64,000 nt of DNA from Candidatus Uhrbacteria bacterium (GTDB lineage: Bacteria; Patescibacteriota; Patescibacteriia; JACQRZ01). A program made the translations under genes and the position numbers. Under the pieces are notes generated by a model. It had not been told where the DNA came from. It ran no database searches and worked only from the letters and a program-made list of their open reading frames with translations. The stretch covers positions 1,334 to 65,333 of the forward strand of contig JACQSB010000018.1 of assembly GCA_016206175.1 (NCBI GenBank), read 5' to 3'. Below, one piece after another: positions 18,658 through 28,157 of the stretch. Numbering within the stretch: position 1 is the first letter of the stretch; each line of letters begins with the position of its first letter.

Positions 18658-19561
18658 TGATGGAACGCACGTTATACTCCATAAGCTCCAGATATGTCAT
18701 TCGGCCCTGGGAACCTCCGAGTGGATCAATAATGCCGAGGCGTAATCCTTCATCGTTTGCAAATGACGAAAGCGAAGGGGTGGCAAGCTGTGGTTCGGAG
18801 AATAATACGGGTATGCCATAACTCTTGATCTCTGCGCGAAGATTCGCAAGATACTGCGGCGTTGGCTCGCCGCCAGCTGCCGGCTCAAATGTGCCGGCAA
18901 CGATCAGTCCGAAATTATCACTAAAATAATACCACGCGTCATGCAAACTGACAATCCTTGTTCCGCGCAATGGAGCAAGAAGAGATGGCAATTCTTGTTC
19001 CTTTTCTGCAAGTTTCTTCTGATACCTGACAGCATTCTCTTGGTACACAGAAGCATGGACAGGATCGGCAGCGACAAGTCCTTCCGCGATTGTGGCAACC
19101 ATCATGCGCGCGTTGCCAAAATGGAGCCAATAATGCGGATCAATGCCGTCAGCATTTTCCCCGTGTTCGTCTTCTTCGTGGTCGTTCGCTGCTTCCTTAC
19201 GCAACACGATGCCTTTGTCTACCGTAACACGCTGCATTTCAGGCGCGACGCTTTCCAGACGCGTAGCCCAAGCATCAATTCCATGACCGATATCAAAAAG
19301 CACGCGAATGCCCTGCAGATCCTGCAACTGACGTGGCGTAAATTCATATAGATGCGGAGAAGCGCCTGAAGGTACGATCAGATGCACGTCAACATAGTCC
19401 CCTGCCACTTCGCGTACAAAATCATATAAAGGATAGATGGTTGCCGCCACTTGAATACGGTCGTCCTTGCTTGATGGGACGTCAGTACGCTTCTGTAATC
19501 CTGCTAAACCAAATACAATGATGAGCGCTGCCGCGCCAAGCGTAATCCAAAAAAATTTCAT
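18623..19561 (-). CDS. znuA: metal ABC transporter substrate-binding protein with His-rich loop
   Basis: Cluster-9 (ZnuA/TroA) SBP layout with a signal/TM N-terminus and an acidic His-rich insert NDHEEDEHGENADGIDPHYW typical of zinc-specific ZnuA. Confidence 0.82.
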   Translation of the reverse strand: MKFFWITLGAAALIIVFGLAGLQKRTDVPSSKDDRIQVAATIYPLYDFVREVAGDYVDVHLIVPSGASPHLYEFTPRQLQDLQGIRVLFDIGHGIDAWATRLESVAPEMQRVTVDKGIVLRKEAANDHEEDEHGENADGIDPHYWLHFGNARMMVATIAEGLVAADPVHASVYQENAVRYQKKLAEKEQELPSLLAPLRGTRIVSLHDAWYYFSDNFGLIVAGTFEPAAGGEPTPQYLANLRAEIKSYGIPVLFSEPQLATPSLSSFANDEGLRLGIIDPLGGSQGRMTYLELMEYNVRSIIGAFSDIPIQQ

Positions 19562-19575
19562 ATCTTGTTCATTAT

Positions 19576-19629
19576 TTCTAAATGCAAATTAGTTGCATTT
19601 AGAATATCTGACAAAATACCCCGTGTCAA
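19576..19629 (-). promoter_or_regulatory. znuA promoter (-35 TTGACA, 17 nt, -10 TATTCT) overlapped by a perfect 12-5-12 palindrome (Zur-box-like)
   Basis: TTCTAAATGCAA-ATTAG-TTGCATTTAGAA at 19576..19604. The -10 complement is at 19601..19606 and the -35 complement at 19624..19629. Confidence 0.6.
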
Positions 19630-19648
19630 GTGTGTTTCGCGTCATGTG

Positions 19649-20686
19649 TTATTTCACGCGAGGTATATCGGCAAAATCAACATCAGTTATTCCCATGCCT
19701 GTCTTTTTCATGATGGCAAACGCGTCCGACGGCTTCCCGAGATAATACCGTCGCAATTCGGTGGGATGCACATACCATGCTTCACCGTTTCTCTGCACGG
19801 CAAGAAATATCACACCTGCGTGCCTCGACGCAAATTGCTTGTTTGTTGCTATACGAGCGGCTCCGGTCGGCGAATACCCGTTCATTACCTCAAGACCATC
19901 GGCATATCCATCCCCATCGGTGTCGGCAGCAGCGGGGTCGGTTCCGATAGCCGCTTCTCCACGATCGGAAAGCCCATCGCCATCCGTATCTGTGCCATCA
20001 CGCAATGTCTCGTAGGCAAGAGGGATTGAGTCCATGTCACTATTTTTGATCCCGATCCCGCTGGACCGCATGACAGCAAACGCATCGGCGGGTCGGCCGA
20101 GAAATACTGCTTTGGAGTCTTTGGGCCGCACATACCATGCTTCACCATTTCTTTCAGTAGCGATGAGGATGCGGCCGCGCAGTCGTTTCATTTTTGTGTT
20201 CTGCACTTCTTCTTTCGATGGGAGTTTTGCGAGATTCGAATAAAACATTTCTTCTGCGGATGGTTGTTTCTGCATCTCTGTTTGCACTCTTCCATAGGCG
20301 GGAACAAGTTCCCCGCTACAGCGCGCAAGCTCACCAGGCGCGAGTATATTGCGGGAAAAGTATTTGAGATCTTGCGGCAAGACGCATATCATCGAATGGC
20401 CCTTAAAATCCTTCCAGGTAGACTGCAAGAACGTGGTTTGCACTTCGCAGGCATCCCCTTTCATGCCAAGAATTGTCCGCTCGGCAACCTCACCATTTCC
20501 GGAAACAACCACCTTAGCCGGCAGGCATGCGGAAAAATATGTCTCGAAGCATGTCTCTGCCTCATCGCCGGCTCCGGTAACGTCGATTGAACCGCACTCA
20601 TACGGAGATTGGCCCAACGCAGGGTTTGGTGTGAGTGCGATACCGGCTATTGCGAGAACAAAGATGATGCGTTGCATCATGGACAT
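19649..20686 (-). CDS. secreted protein: Cys-rich N-domain, 2x GEAWYV module, thrombospondin-type-3-like Ca-binding repeats
   Basis: Signal peptide MSMMQRIIFVLAIAGIALT. Two copies of the ..GRIL....NGEAWYV.P....R..LG.P.DAF..M...G.GI module. DTDGDGLSD...GTDP...DTDGDGYADGLE repeats. Confidence 0.7.
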   Translation of the reverse strand: MSMMQRIIFVLAIAGIALTPNPALGQSPYECGSIDVTGAGDEAETCFETYFSACLPAKVVVSGNGEVAERTILGMKGDACEVQTTFLQSTWKDFKGHSMICVLPQDLKYFSRNILAPGELARCSGELVPAYGRVQTEMQKQPSAEEMFYSNLAKLPSKEEVQNTKMKRLRGRILIATERNGEAWYVRPKDSKAVFLGRPADAFAVMRSSGIGIKNSDMDSIPLAYETLRDGTDTDGDGLSDRGEAAIGTDPAAADTDGDGYADGLEVMNGYSPTGAARIATNKQFASRHAGVIFLAVQRNGEAWYVHPTELRRYYLGKPSDAFAIMKKTGMGITDVDFADIPRVK

Positions 20687-20691
20687 AATAA

Positions 20692-21546
20692 TTATTGAAC
20701 AACGATTATACCGCCGTGAGACGGGGCAAGATGATTGTGAAAGCGATAGGTGCCCGCTTTCTGAAACGGAAATGAATACTCCTCACCGATTGTCTGCTGA
20801 TCAAATCCCGACAGATCCGTATGCACGGGATGAGGATCTGATGCTACCCACATTGATGCTGAACCGGTACTTCGGAATACCACCGTCTGTCCAACCTTGA
20901 TCGTCACCGAAGAAGGAGCAAAAGTGTTTCCGTTATAGAGAATGGTTGTCGGAGATACTGGTGATTCTTTTGCTGGCTCTGTTGATGTTGCTGTGTCGGC
21001 AACGACGGGTGCCTTTTCTTTTTTCTTCGCTTCATTTTTATCCTGCATCGCAGGCGCTTGCGCTTGTGGCGGCAGGAGAATGGCATCAAACTTGGCGGAA
21101 GGTACGAGCAATAGATTCTCGTGAGTAATGCCAAGACCTAACTCGCGCATAACCCGAAATGCATCTGCCGGCCGCGCAAGAAAATAGCGTTTGAATGTAG
21201 TAGGATGCACGTACCATGCTTCACCATTGGACTCTACTTGTAAAAGGATTCTTCCGGCAAGGCGGGTAGCGAGCGGTGAGGCGCCCTCCTCATCTCCTTG
21301 CGGGATTTTTTCCAAATCTGCATTGGTGATGCCGAGCCCAAGCTGCCGCATTACCTGAAATGCGTCTGCGGGACGGCCAAGGAAATACCGTTGCTCATTT
21401 TTCGGATTCACATACCACGCTTCGCCTTTCTGTCTGACATCGAGCAGAATACGGCCTTTCAGCTTTGTGGATAATGACAACGCGTCGACACGAGCCGAAA
21501 ACGTTAACGCGAGCACGAATGCGAGAATGCTTAAAACGCATCTCAT
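20692..21546 (-). CDS. secreted protein: 2x GEAWYV module plus C-terminal cupredoxin-like domain
   Basis: Signal peptide and two GEAWYV modules. The C-terminal FAPSSVTIKVGQTVVFRSTG...AGTYRFHNHLAPSHGGIIVV has a cupredoxin-fold pattern, but no canonical Cys ligand is evident. Confidence 0.7.
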   Translation of the reverse strand: MRCVLSILAFVLALTFSARVDALSLSTKLKGRILLDVRQKGEAWYVNPKNEQRYFLGRPADAFQVMRQLGLGITNADLEKIPQGDEEGASPLATRLAGRILLQVESNGEAWYVHPTTFKRYFLARPADAFRVMRELGLGITHENLLLVPSAKFDAILLPPQAQAPAMQDKNEAKKKEKAPVVADTATSTEPAKESPVSPTTILYNGNTFAPSSVTIKVGQTVVFRSTGSASMWVASDPHPVHTDLSGFDQQTIGEEYSFPFQKAGTYRFHNHLAPSHGGIIVVQ

Positions 21547-21555
21547 AGGATATCT

Positions 21556-21975
21556 CTAGGAATTAGTAGTATCTTTTGTCTCCTTCTGAATAGTGCGCCA
21601 GTGGTAGAGATAAAGCGGCAAGCCAACGATGATGAGCGCGATATTCATGGATGCGTCACGGTGACGCTCTACCAGACGGTAATCGATTTTATCGCGTTGT
21701 TCTTTCCATTTCTTGTATTCTTCAAGATAGGTTTTGACCTGCGCGCGCTCTTCTTCGCTTAATTCTTTATCCTCCTTTGCTTTCTCAAGAGGGCTTACGG
21801 CATAGGGCATGGGCAGCTCGGGGTACCGCATGTATTGATCCTGCTCGGCTTGAGTAAAAACAAAAATCTTCAAGCCCATATTCACAAATCGCACCGCGCC
21901 GATCGTGATAAGCGCCAAACCGATAAGGGCAAAAAGATACAAATAGATAGTTCGGATGAGAGGATATCGAGACAT
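21556..21975 (-). CDS. hypothetical membrane protein (139 aa)
   Basis: TM helices at both ends flank a charged coiled segment. Confidence 0.5.
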   Translation of the reverse strand: MSRYPLIRTIYLYLFALIGLALITIGAVRFVNMGLKIFVFTQAEQDQYMRYPELPMPYAVSPLEKAKEDKELSEEERAQVKTYLEEYKKWKEQRDKIDYRLVERHRDASMNIALIIVGLPLYLYHWRTIQKETKDTTNS

Positions 21976-22038
21976 ACGGTCTTTGGGTGTTACTCTAAGA
22001 GAATCATGAATCAGAATAGCATGGAATGGGAATTCGAT

Positions 22039-22698
22039 CTATGCGCGTTGCAATAGAGCTTCGTCTTCAAGCACCTTCTTTTGCTCGGAAAGAAGGTGAA
22101 TTTGATACTGTGGATATAATTCCTGCAATGGACCTTTCATGTCCGCATAGACATCATTGACAAAAACGTGTCTGATTCCATCACTGTCAAGCTTCTTCGC
22201 ATAACCGCTTGTCACGACCGCGATGCCGTCCTTATATGCTTCACCGCTGGCAGTACCGAGAGCCGCGCCGAGAGCCGCGCGTTTTTCATCGGGTACTGCA
22301 AACGGCGCTGTATGAATATCTTTTTTCGGATCAATGCCCTCATCGAGGAGACGCAATAAACTTTGAAGTTGATCTAGCTTGGCAATACCGTGCGCATCGT
22401 AGCGTTCTCCCACTTCGCCAGCAACCTGCTCAAACGGCTCTTGGGTTTCGGGATGCATTCCGTGCGCTACAAGAAACAAATCGTCGTCAAGATTGCCGCC
22501 ACTTTTTTTGCGAGAAAAGTACGCATCGTTAAAGACTTGCTGAAGCTGCAGGCGAAGACGGTCGTGTTTTTCGCTTTCGGTTTTTTTCGCACGGAGAGCA
22601 GAACGGCGCGATTCCAACGCTTGCGGATGTTGCGGAGTAATCTGTTGTACTACAAAATCAGGATTTCGAACGTAATCAGGAATGCGGCGTTGTTCCAT
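22039..22698 (-). CDS. hypothetical protein (219 aa)
   Basis: Clean ORF with no recognisable motif. Confidence 0.5.
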   Translation of the reverse strand: MEQRRIPDYVRNPDFVVQQITPQHPQALESRRSALRAKKTESEKHDRLRLQLQQVFNDAYFSRKKSGGNLDDDLFLVAHGMHPETQEPFEQVAGEVGERYDAHGIAKLDQLQSLLRLLDEGIDPKKDIHTAPFAVPDEKRAALGAALGTASGEAYKDGIAVVTSGYAKKLDSDGIRHVFVNDVYADMKGPLQELYPQYQIHLLSEQKKVLEDEALLQRA

Positions 22699-22782
22699 GG
22701 GAGAATACTATTGCATTGTTACCTGTGATAGTATACAACTTCCTCATGGTCTTTACAACGTGTTGGAAATAGAGTCGCAGTA

Positions 22783-23739
22783 ATGCGCGACGTAAGGAGG
22801 ATATGTCGAATGCAAGTAACGTTGAAAAACGACCCGGAGGAGGTCGTAGAGTCTGCACAATGCGGGCCGTTCACTGTGGTCTGGAAGTCCATGGACGAGG
22901 TGCATTACCCTGGCAAGGAACGGCGGACGTTTCATTACAGCCGGCATCCGGTAAAAGGTTCGGTGATCATTGATATTATGATCCGCGCGGAGCTCGCAGC
23001 GCATTTCGCGAAGAAGTACGAATCCTGGACTCCACGGCAGCTCATGCACGCACTCAATGAGTGCATCACTGCTTTCCAGATGAGCGAAAGGCTGCCGTTA
23101 GGCCAGGCCGACGAGTTGTGCGGCGCACGCATGGTCATCGCCAAAGACTGCGGCAATCGCTTCTCGATCGCCTATGTCGGCGACTGTTTCGCGGTATGGG
23201 AGACCAGTACTGCCCTCCAGATGACGAACAATCAGGCGTATCGATACGACGCGCTGATGCACTCACTAATCGAAGATCACTGGAACGACGCTGCTCGACA
23301 CCTCCGTTTCAATCCGGCCAAGATACAGCAAGGATCTGCAGAATGGAACACCCTGCGCCTGGAAATGTGGCGCCGCTTCGGGCCACAACTCTCGAACGCA
23401 AGGCGTGTTCATATCAACAACACCCAGTCGGCTGTCGGACACGGGGTCCTGAACGGCCAGGAGGGGGTCGAGAGGTTCATCGCGGAATTCGATGTGCCAG
23501 AAAAGGGGTTGAGGTACATCCTTCTCGGCAACAACGGATGCACGCCGTGGGATATGGAGAGCGGTGCTTCGAGGCCATACATCGCGACTCTGCTCGCGGC
23601 CGCGATTGACAACGCCGACGACCCCGAAAGAGGTCTCGATAACGTCATCGCGCAGGCGCGCCAGTACGAGAGAAAAACGAAAATCTCTCATGCCAAAGGC
23701 GGACGTGCGGACGCAGCATGCGCGCTCATCGTGCCGTAA
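22783..23739 (+). CDS. hypothetical protein, GC-rich; faint PP2C-like pattern
   Basis: FSIAYVGDCFAVWE, YILLGNNGCTPWD and C-terminal GGRADAACALIV loosely echo PP2C blocks, but key Asp residues are not evident. Followed by its own terminator. Confidence 0.5.
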   Translation: MRDVRRICRMQVTLKNDPEEVVESAQCGPFTVVWKSMDEVHYPGKERRTFHYSRHPVKGSVIIDIMIRAELAAHFAKKYESWTPRQLMHALNECITAFQMSERLPLGQADELCGARMVIAKDCGNRFSIAYVGDCFAVWETSTALQMTNNQAYRYDALMHSLIEDHWNDAARHLRFNPAKIQQGSAEWNTLRLEMWRRFGPQLSNARRVHINNTQSAVGHGVLNGQEGVERFIAEFDVPEKGLRYILLGNNGCTPWDMESGASRPYIATLLAAAIDNADDPERGLDNVIAQARQYERKTKISHAKGGRADAACALIVP

Positions 23740-23766
23740 GGCGCAATCCAACACGCAATCGTTCTA

Positions 23767-23798
23767 AGCCGCCCGGCATTCGGGTGGCTTTCTTTATT
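23767..23798 (+). terminator. intrinsic terminator
   Basis: AGCCGCCCG-GCAT-TCGGGTGGCT followed by TTCTTTATTATT. Confidence 0.6.
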
Positions 23799-24096
23799 AT
23801 TGTAGATTTTTCTTCCACTCTTCCATTCCGCCTTCTAAGTATTCAATATCATATCCTTTGGCTTGCAGCTCTCGGGCGACAATTTCGCAACGACCACCGG
23901 ACTTACAAACGGTGATTATCTTTTTATCTTTTGGCAGATTTCCCTTCGCGGCTTCGGTAAATACTTTTCCCATCGGCACGTTATGAGCGCCTTTAATCTT
24001 GTCTTCGCTTGATTCATATTCATCATGTTCTCGAACATCAAGGAGCAGGACATCTTCCTGTTGCTCAAGTTTTTTTCTAAGCTCTGGTGCTTTCAT
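23797..24096 (-). CDS. rhodanese-domain protein (single domain, active-site Cys)
   Basis: LLLDVREHDEY...ITVCKSGGRCEIVA is a rhodanese CX5R-type loop. ATG 24096 (MKAPELRKK) avoids overlap with the DoxX gene. Confidence 0.8.
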   Translation of the reverse strand: MKAPELRKKLEQQEDVLLLDVREHDEYESSEDKIKGAHNVPMGKVFTEAAKGNLPKDKKIITVCKSGGRCEIVARELQAKGYDIEYLEGGMEEWKKNLQ

Positions 24097-24109
24097 AAAA
24101 TAAATGATT

Positions 24110-24595
24110 TCAACCAAACAAAGATCGGATGCGAGGGCAGCGAGAACAGAGCGGCAGGCGAGCGCACCACGAATCAAGCCCCCATACCCGTCCTGCTTGC
24201 ATGGAAGCAAGCACTACTAAAACAAGTGCGTTAATGATATGATCATCCACAATGTATGAATGTGGCGGAATTATGGGAAATTGCAAAACAGGAAAGTAAT
24301 ACAAAAGCATAAGCACTGCGCCAAGTACCGAACTCAAGCGAACAAAAATGCCCAAGAGCAAAGAAACGCCGAGAAGCGTCAATCCCCACTCATTGATAAA
24401 ATTGATGATCGGCAAGATGTCAGGCTGCGCAAACCATTGATACAATCCGGCAAACGTCTTTGCGCCTTTGAGATACCCTGCCGCTGACCACTCCGGATTC
24501 AATACTTTGGTAATGCCGGCATACAACATGAACCACCCCACTCCCAAGCGGAGAAGAAACAGCGAAATTTTTGCAAAGGATGTCATAGAATACAA
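24110..24595 (-). CDS. DoxX family membrane protein
   Basis: LLRLGVGWFMLYAGITKV is a DoxX-type N-terminus, with four TM helices. Confidence 0.72.
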   Translation of the reverse strand: MYSMTSFAKISLFLLRLGVGWFMLYAGITKVLNPEWSAAGYLKGAKTFAGLYQWFAQPDILPIINFINEWGLTLLGVSLLLGIFVRLSSVLGAVLMLLYYFPVLQFPIIPPHSYIVDDHIINALVLVVLASMQAGRVWGLDSWCARLPLCSRCPRIRSLFG

Positions 24596-24635
24596 ATGTT
24601 AGGATAAAAATACAACGATCAGAAACAATCGTCTT

Positions 24636-25874
24636 CTAGGGCGGAGGCTGCGGAGAGCACACATCGCAGACTTCGCAGATCGATCTTCCTTCCCGAAACA
24701 CCCTGAACGCTTTCGTAACGGGAAGAACGTTCAAAAAATACCGCAGATCGGCAATGCGCCGAAGGATCCAGCCTCCATAGCCATACACATGGACGGGACC
24801 AACAATTGCCGCCGCCCACCGCGGCCCGACCGGCAGAGCATAATACGGCTGCTTGGGATGATACACAGCTAAAGCGGCACCGTTGATCGATCGGATGATA
24901 TTTTCCGCTGCGACCATTCCGTCATGAATGGCGGTTTGTGCCATGCCAGAATATTTTGTGGCCGCCCCATCTCCGACAATAAACAAATGATCCGCGCCCT
25001 TTGCCCGTAAGTACTCATCTACAACCACTCTCCCCTTTTTATCCGTCTCGATACCAGGGATCAAAGCATACAAATCATGGGCTTTGACCCCCGCAGTCCA
25101 TACTACCGTCTCTGTCTTGATCGTCATTCCTTTCAAAATCACTTCCTGCAGCTCTTCGCGGACCATTGTTCGATTGGCATAGATATTTACTCCCAACTCC
25201 TTGAGCCGTTGCTCTACGCGTCGCGCAACGGTTGCCGGAAACGGCGGCAAGATGCGCGGTGAAGCCTCAATCAAATCAACGTCGACGAAATCTTTGCTCA
25301 CATGATGTTTTTCTGAAAGGATCCGGAGATATGATGCAAGCTCTCCTGCAAGCTCAACCCCGCTTGCGCCGGCGCCGACAATCACCATGCGCATACGCCG
25401 CGCATCGTCATCACGATCGTCGTTGCGCGCAGCAGTCTGCTCAAACATCTCGTGGAGATGCCGCTGCAGTCGGATGGCGGCGCTGATTGATTTCAGGTTA
25501 AAGGAATACTCTTGCATCCCCGGAATACCAAAATATGCGATCTTGGATCCAAGTCCGAGAACCGCGTAATCATAGGAATAGGCACTGCCGGATGTACATT
25601 GTATCGTGCGCTTCGCCGGATCAATCGATGCAGCCGTATCGCGCACACATTCAATAGGAAGGTCTCCGATAATATCCCGCAGGGGGATGCAGACTTCAAG
25701 CGGCGAACGTCCAGCTACCACACGGTAGAGCGCTGCCGTATATTCCAGATGGGGCTTATCAGAAATAAGCGTTATCGCGAGGTTGGGAGAACAGCGGCTT
25801 GCAAGCGCGAGAGCACACGAGACTCCGCCAAACCCTCCGCCTACAATGACAATCCGTGACGGATTTTTCGCCAT
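24636..25874 (-). CDS. type II NADH dehydrogenase-like FAD/NAD(P) pyridine-nucleotide-disulfide oxidoreductase
   Basis: Two dinucleotide folds, IVIVGGGFGG and MVIVGAGASGVELAGE, and an NDH-2-like length. Confidence 0.8.
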   Translation of the reverse strand: MAKNPSRIVIVGGGFGGVSCALALASRCSPNLAITLISDKPHLEYTAALYRVVAGRSPLEVCIPLRDIIGDLPIECVRDTAASIDPAKRTIQCTSGSAYSYDYAVLGLGSKIAYFGIPGMQEYSFNLKSISAAIRLQRHLHEMFEQTAARNDDRDDDARRMRMVIVGAGASGVELAGELASYLRILSEKHHVSKDFVDVDLIEASPRILPPFPATVARRVEQRLKELGVNIYANRTMVREELQEVILKGMTIKTETVVWTAGVKAHDLYALIPGIETDKKGRVVVDEYLRAKGADHLFIVGDGAATKYSGMAQTAIHDGMVAAENIIRSINGAALAVYHPKQPYYALPVGPRWAAAIVGPVHVYGYGGWILRRIADLRYFLNVLPVTKAFRVFREGRSICEVCDVCSPQPPP

Positions 25875-25957
25875 ACCCTTAAACGGATATTGTTACGAGT
25901 CTCGCGGACCTCTACCTCATATCAATATAGTATACCATACCCACGTATAATCCGCTA

Positions 25958-26464
25958 TCAAAATTGCTGTATCGAACTGCCGACAAGAACTCCGATGAGT
26001 ACAGCAGCGCCTCCGATCAGAAACATCCGCAGCCCGCTCCTCCACACCGGCACTCCTGAAATCTTTGCACCGACCATCCCGAGTCCAAGCAAAGCAATCA
26101 AAGATGCGGTGATCGAAACGGGCAAGGCGGCTCTCCCGCCTAAAACGACATACGGCATCAGTGGGATGAATCCGGAAACGAAATAGGAAAAAAACATGAT
26201 CAGGCTATTCACCAAGGGCTGCAATGAGGAGACGGCACGCTTTTCGAGATATTCCTCTACCGAGTGTTCCGAAAGATAACTGCCGACTGCCATAGAGAAT
26301 GCCTCAACAAAAATCAAGACAATGCCCGTTAGGAGAATTGTTTTTGAAGGAATATCTGCTATCGCAATACCCGAGAGGAGCCCGACAGTGGATACGAGGC
26401 TATCTTCAACGCCGAAAATAAAATTGCGGAAATTTGCTGCAGTCGTGCTGTTGGGATGATTCAT
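25958..26464 (-). CDS. VIT1/CCC1-family iron/manganese transporter-like membrane protein
   Basis: FGVEDSLVSTVGLLSGIA plus TM helices typical of the VIT family. Lacks the long cytosolic N-domain. Confidence 0.7.
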   Translation of the reverse strand: MNHPNSTTAANFRNFIFGVEDSLVSTVGLLSGIAIADIPSKTILLTGIVLIFVEAFSMAVGSYLSEHSVEEYLEKRAVSSLQPLVNSLIMFFSYFVSGFIPLMPYVVLGGRAALPVSITASLIALLGLGMVGAKISGVPVWRSGLRMFLIGGAAVLIGVLVGSSIQQF

Positions 26465-26489
26465 GAATACCAGTGTATCATTCCTTATT

Positions 26490-27704
26490 TCAAAATACGA
26501 GCAGCGCGGGATTGAACAGCATAATGATCCCCAACAGAAGCATCAAGAGGCCACCGACAAGCGTCGACCATTTGCTATATGCATATGTCGATCCGAGCTT
26601 TTCAATGCCGTACAGCGCGATCAGAAATACCACGACATCATCGATCATATACATGATGATGTATAACAACAGATACCACTGCGTCTGGAGCCATCCCAAA
26701 TTATTGAGCTCAAGGATCTTAGTGAATGTCTGCGGAATGCCGATCGAACAGGCAAACTCAAAAATGTTCACGGAAAATGCGATGCCGATGATCACAAAAA
26801 ATACCCCGACTGAAAGCGGTTTTTGCGCAATCCTTTTTATCTTATCCGTCAGCGTCTGCTGCTGCTGGGGCGATGCTACTGAACAGACTGGCTTGAATGT
26901 AATAAACTTATAGAGAAAATAGATGCCGCTTCCCAACGCCAGAAGACCGATGAGCGGGGTGACGATGCGGTTTAATCCGATAAAATCCCAGGCGGTCAGC
27001 CATACCGTAAGGATGAAGTAGTACATAACTGCTTCCGCAAGAATGAAAATTCCAGCGTATTCAAACATGCGCCGCCGCGAACCTAACTGCGAAAGGATAA
27101 AAAGAAACATGACGAGCACCCACATCGCGCACGGATTAAATCCATCGATAAATCCAAGCGTCAATGAAAGCGCGGAGAGAGAGAAAGCGCCAACATCGAC
27201 AGTCCATCCTACAAGAGGGATCTTTACGATATACGAACGCTCATTCACGATCGGGCATGTCCCTTCACAGCTGCTCTCCGTACTAAATTCATTCGCGAGC
27301 TTTGCACCGCCGGCACGGATATCTTCAAAAGTCAGGAATGGGCCGTCATGTTCATCGAGAATACGGCGTATCAAAGCCCCTGTGGTTGCTTCATCTGCAA
27401 ATCCCTGGATGAGTTGATTGCCGACAAGCGTGATCGGCGTACCAAGTGTCATACCATAGCGTTTTGCGATATCCTCGAAAAGAGCCTTCTCTGCAGGTTC
27501 GGCGATATTATGATACTGAAATTGTATCGGCCGGTCTTGGGCAAGTTTTTCAAAAAATTTCTTTTGGTCAAGGCAGTGCTTGCAGTCATCTCGGACAAAA
27601 GAGGAAATGGTGGGTTCCGTTGCGGCTTGAGCGTATGTGACACTGCCAAAAGCAAGTTCAAGAAGGGTGAAACCAATAATTGCGATGCGGAAATAGAGAT
27701 TCAT
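26490..27704 (-). CDS. thioredoxin-fold (CxxC) domain fused to DsbD/CcdA-like membrane thiol-disulfide transporter
   Basis: Signal peptide, DDCKHCLDQKKFFEKL (glutaredoxin/thioredoxin-like), then TM helices with the FNPCAMWVL CcdA-type motif. Confidence 0.7.
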   Translation of the reverse strand: MNLYFRIAIIGFTLLELAFGSVTYAQAATEPTISSFVRDDCKHCLDQKKFFEKLAQDRPIQFQYHNIAEPAEKALFEDIAKRYGMTLGTPITLVGNQLIQGFADEATTGALIRRILDEHDGPFLTFEDIRAGGAKLANEFSTESSCEGTCPIVNERSYIVKIPLVGWTVDVGAFSLSALSLTLGFIDGFNPCAMWVLVMFLFILSQLGSRRRMFEYAGIFILAEAVMYYFILTVWLTAWDFIGLNRIVTPLIGLLALGSGIYFLYKFITFKPVCSVASPQQQQTLTDKIKRIAQKPLSVGVFFVIIGIAFSVNIFEFACSIGIPQTFTKILELNNLGWLQTQWYLLLYIIMYMIDDVVVFLIALYGIEKLGSTYAYSKWSTLVGGLLMLLLGIIMLFNPALLVF

Positions 27705-27810
27705 AAAGGAAAACTCGCTTGCGCGAGTCTCGAAGACTTCTTATTCTGTATATCCTTGCACTATTTTCGAATAGCTGTCAAAAAAGTTAGCGCCCCATTA
27801 CCTTAATTTG

Positions 27811-28155
27811 CTATCTATAAAACATGGATGAATTAAGGTAATGGGGCGCTAGAAACGAAGCCATATTCATAAGGGCGGAAGGCAGTAGCAAAACACGCAA
27901 CGTTTTTCCCAACAGCTTCGAAAGTAGCAGCGCTTCAAGCGGAATCAATGCGATCTCCGCTGCTATCAATGGATAAAAAATAGGTATCCGCATTTGGATC
28001 AGTGCGTACAATCCTATATGTAATACCGGATGAGTGAACGCATTCACGATTGCAGATGCGTATGATGTTCGCCTGCTGCGGTAGCCGAACAGAACAAGTA
28101 CAACCCATTCAATGGCAACCGTTACTCCGAATGACAGGAGATATGACAAAAGCAT
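27811..28155 (-). CDS. hypothetical polytopic membrane protein (114 aa)
   Basis: Three or four TM helices. Start is 2 nt after the upstream stop. Confidence 0.5.
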   Translation of the reverse strand: MLLSYLLSFGVTVAIEWVVLVLFGYRSRRTSYASAIVNAFTHPVLHIGLYALIQMRIPIFYPLIAAEIALIPLEALLLSKLLGKTLRVLLLPSALMNMASFLAPHYLNSSMFYR

Positions 28156-28157
28156 CT

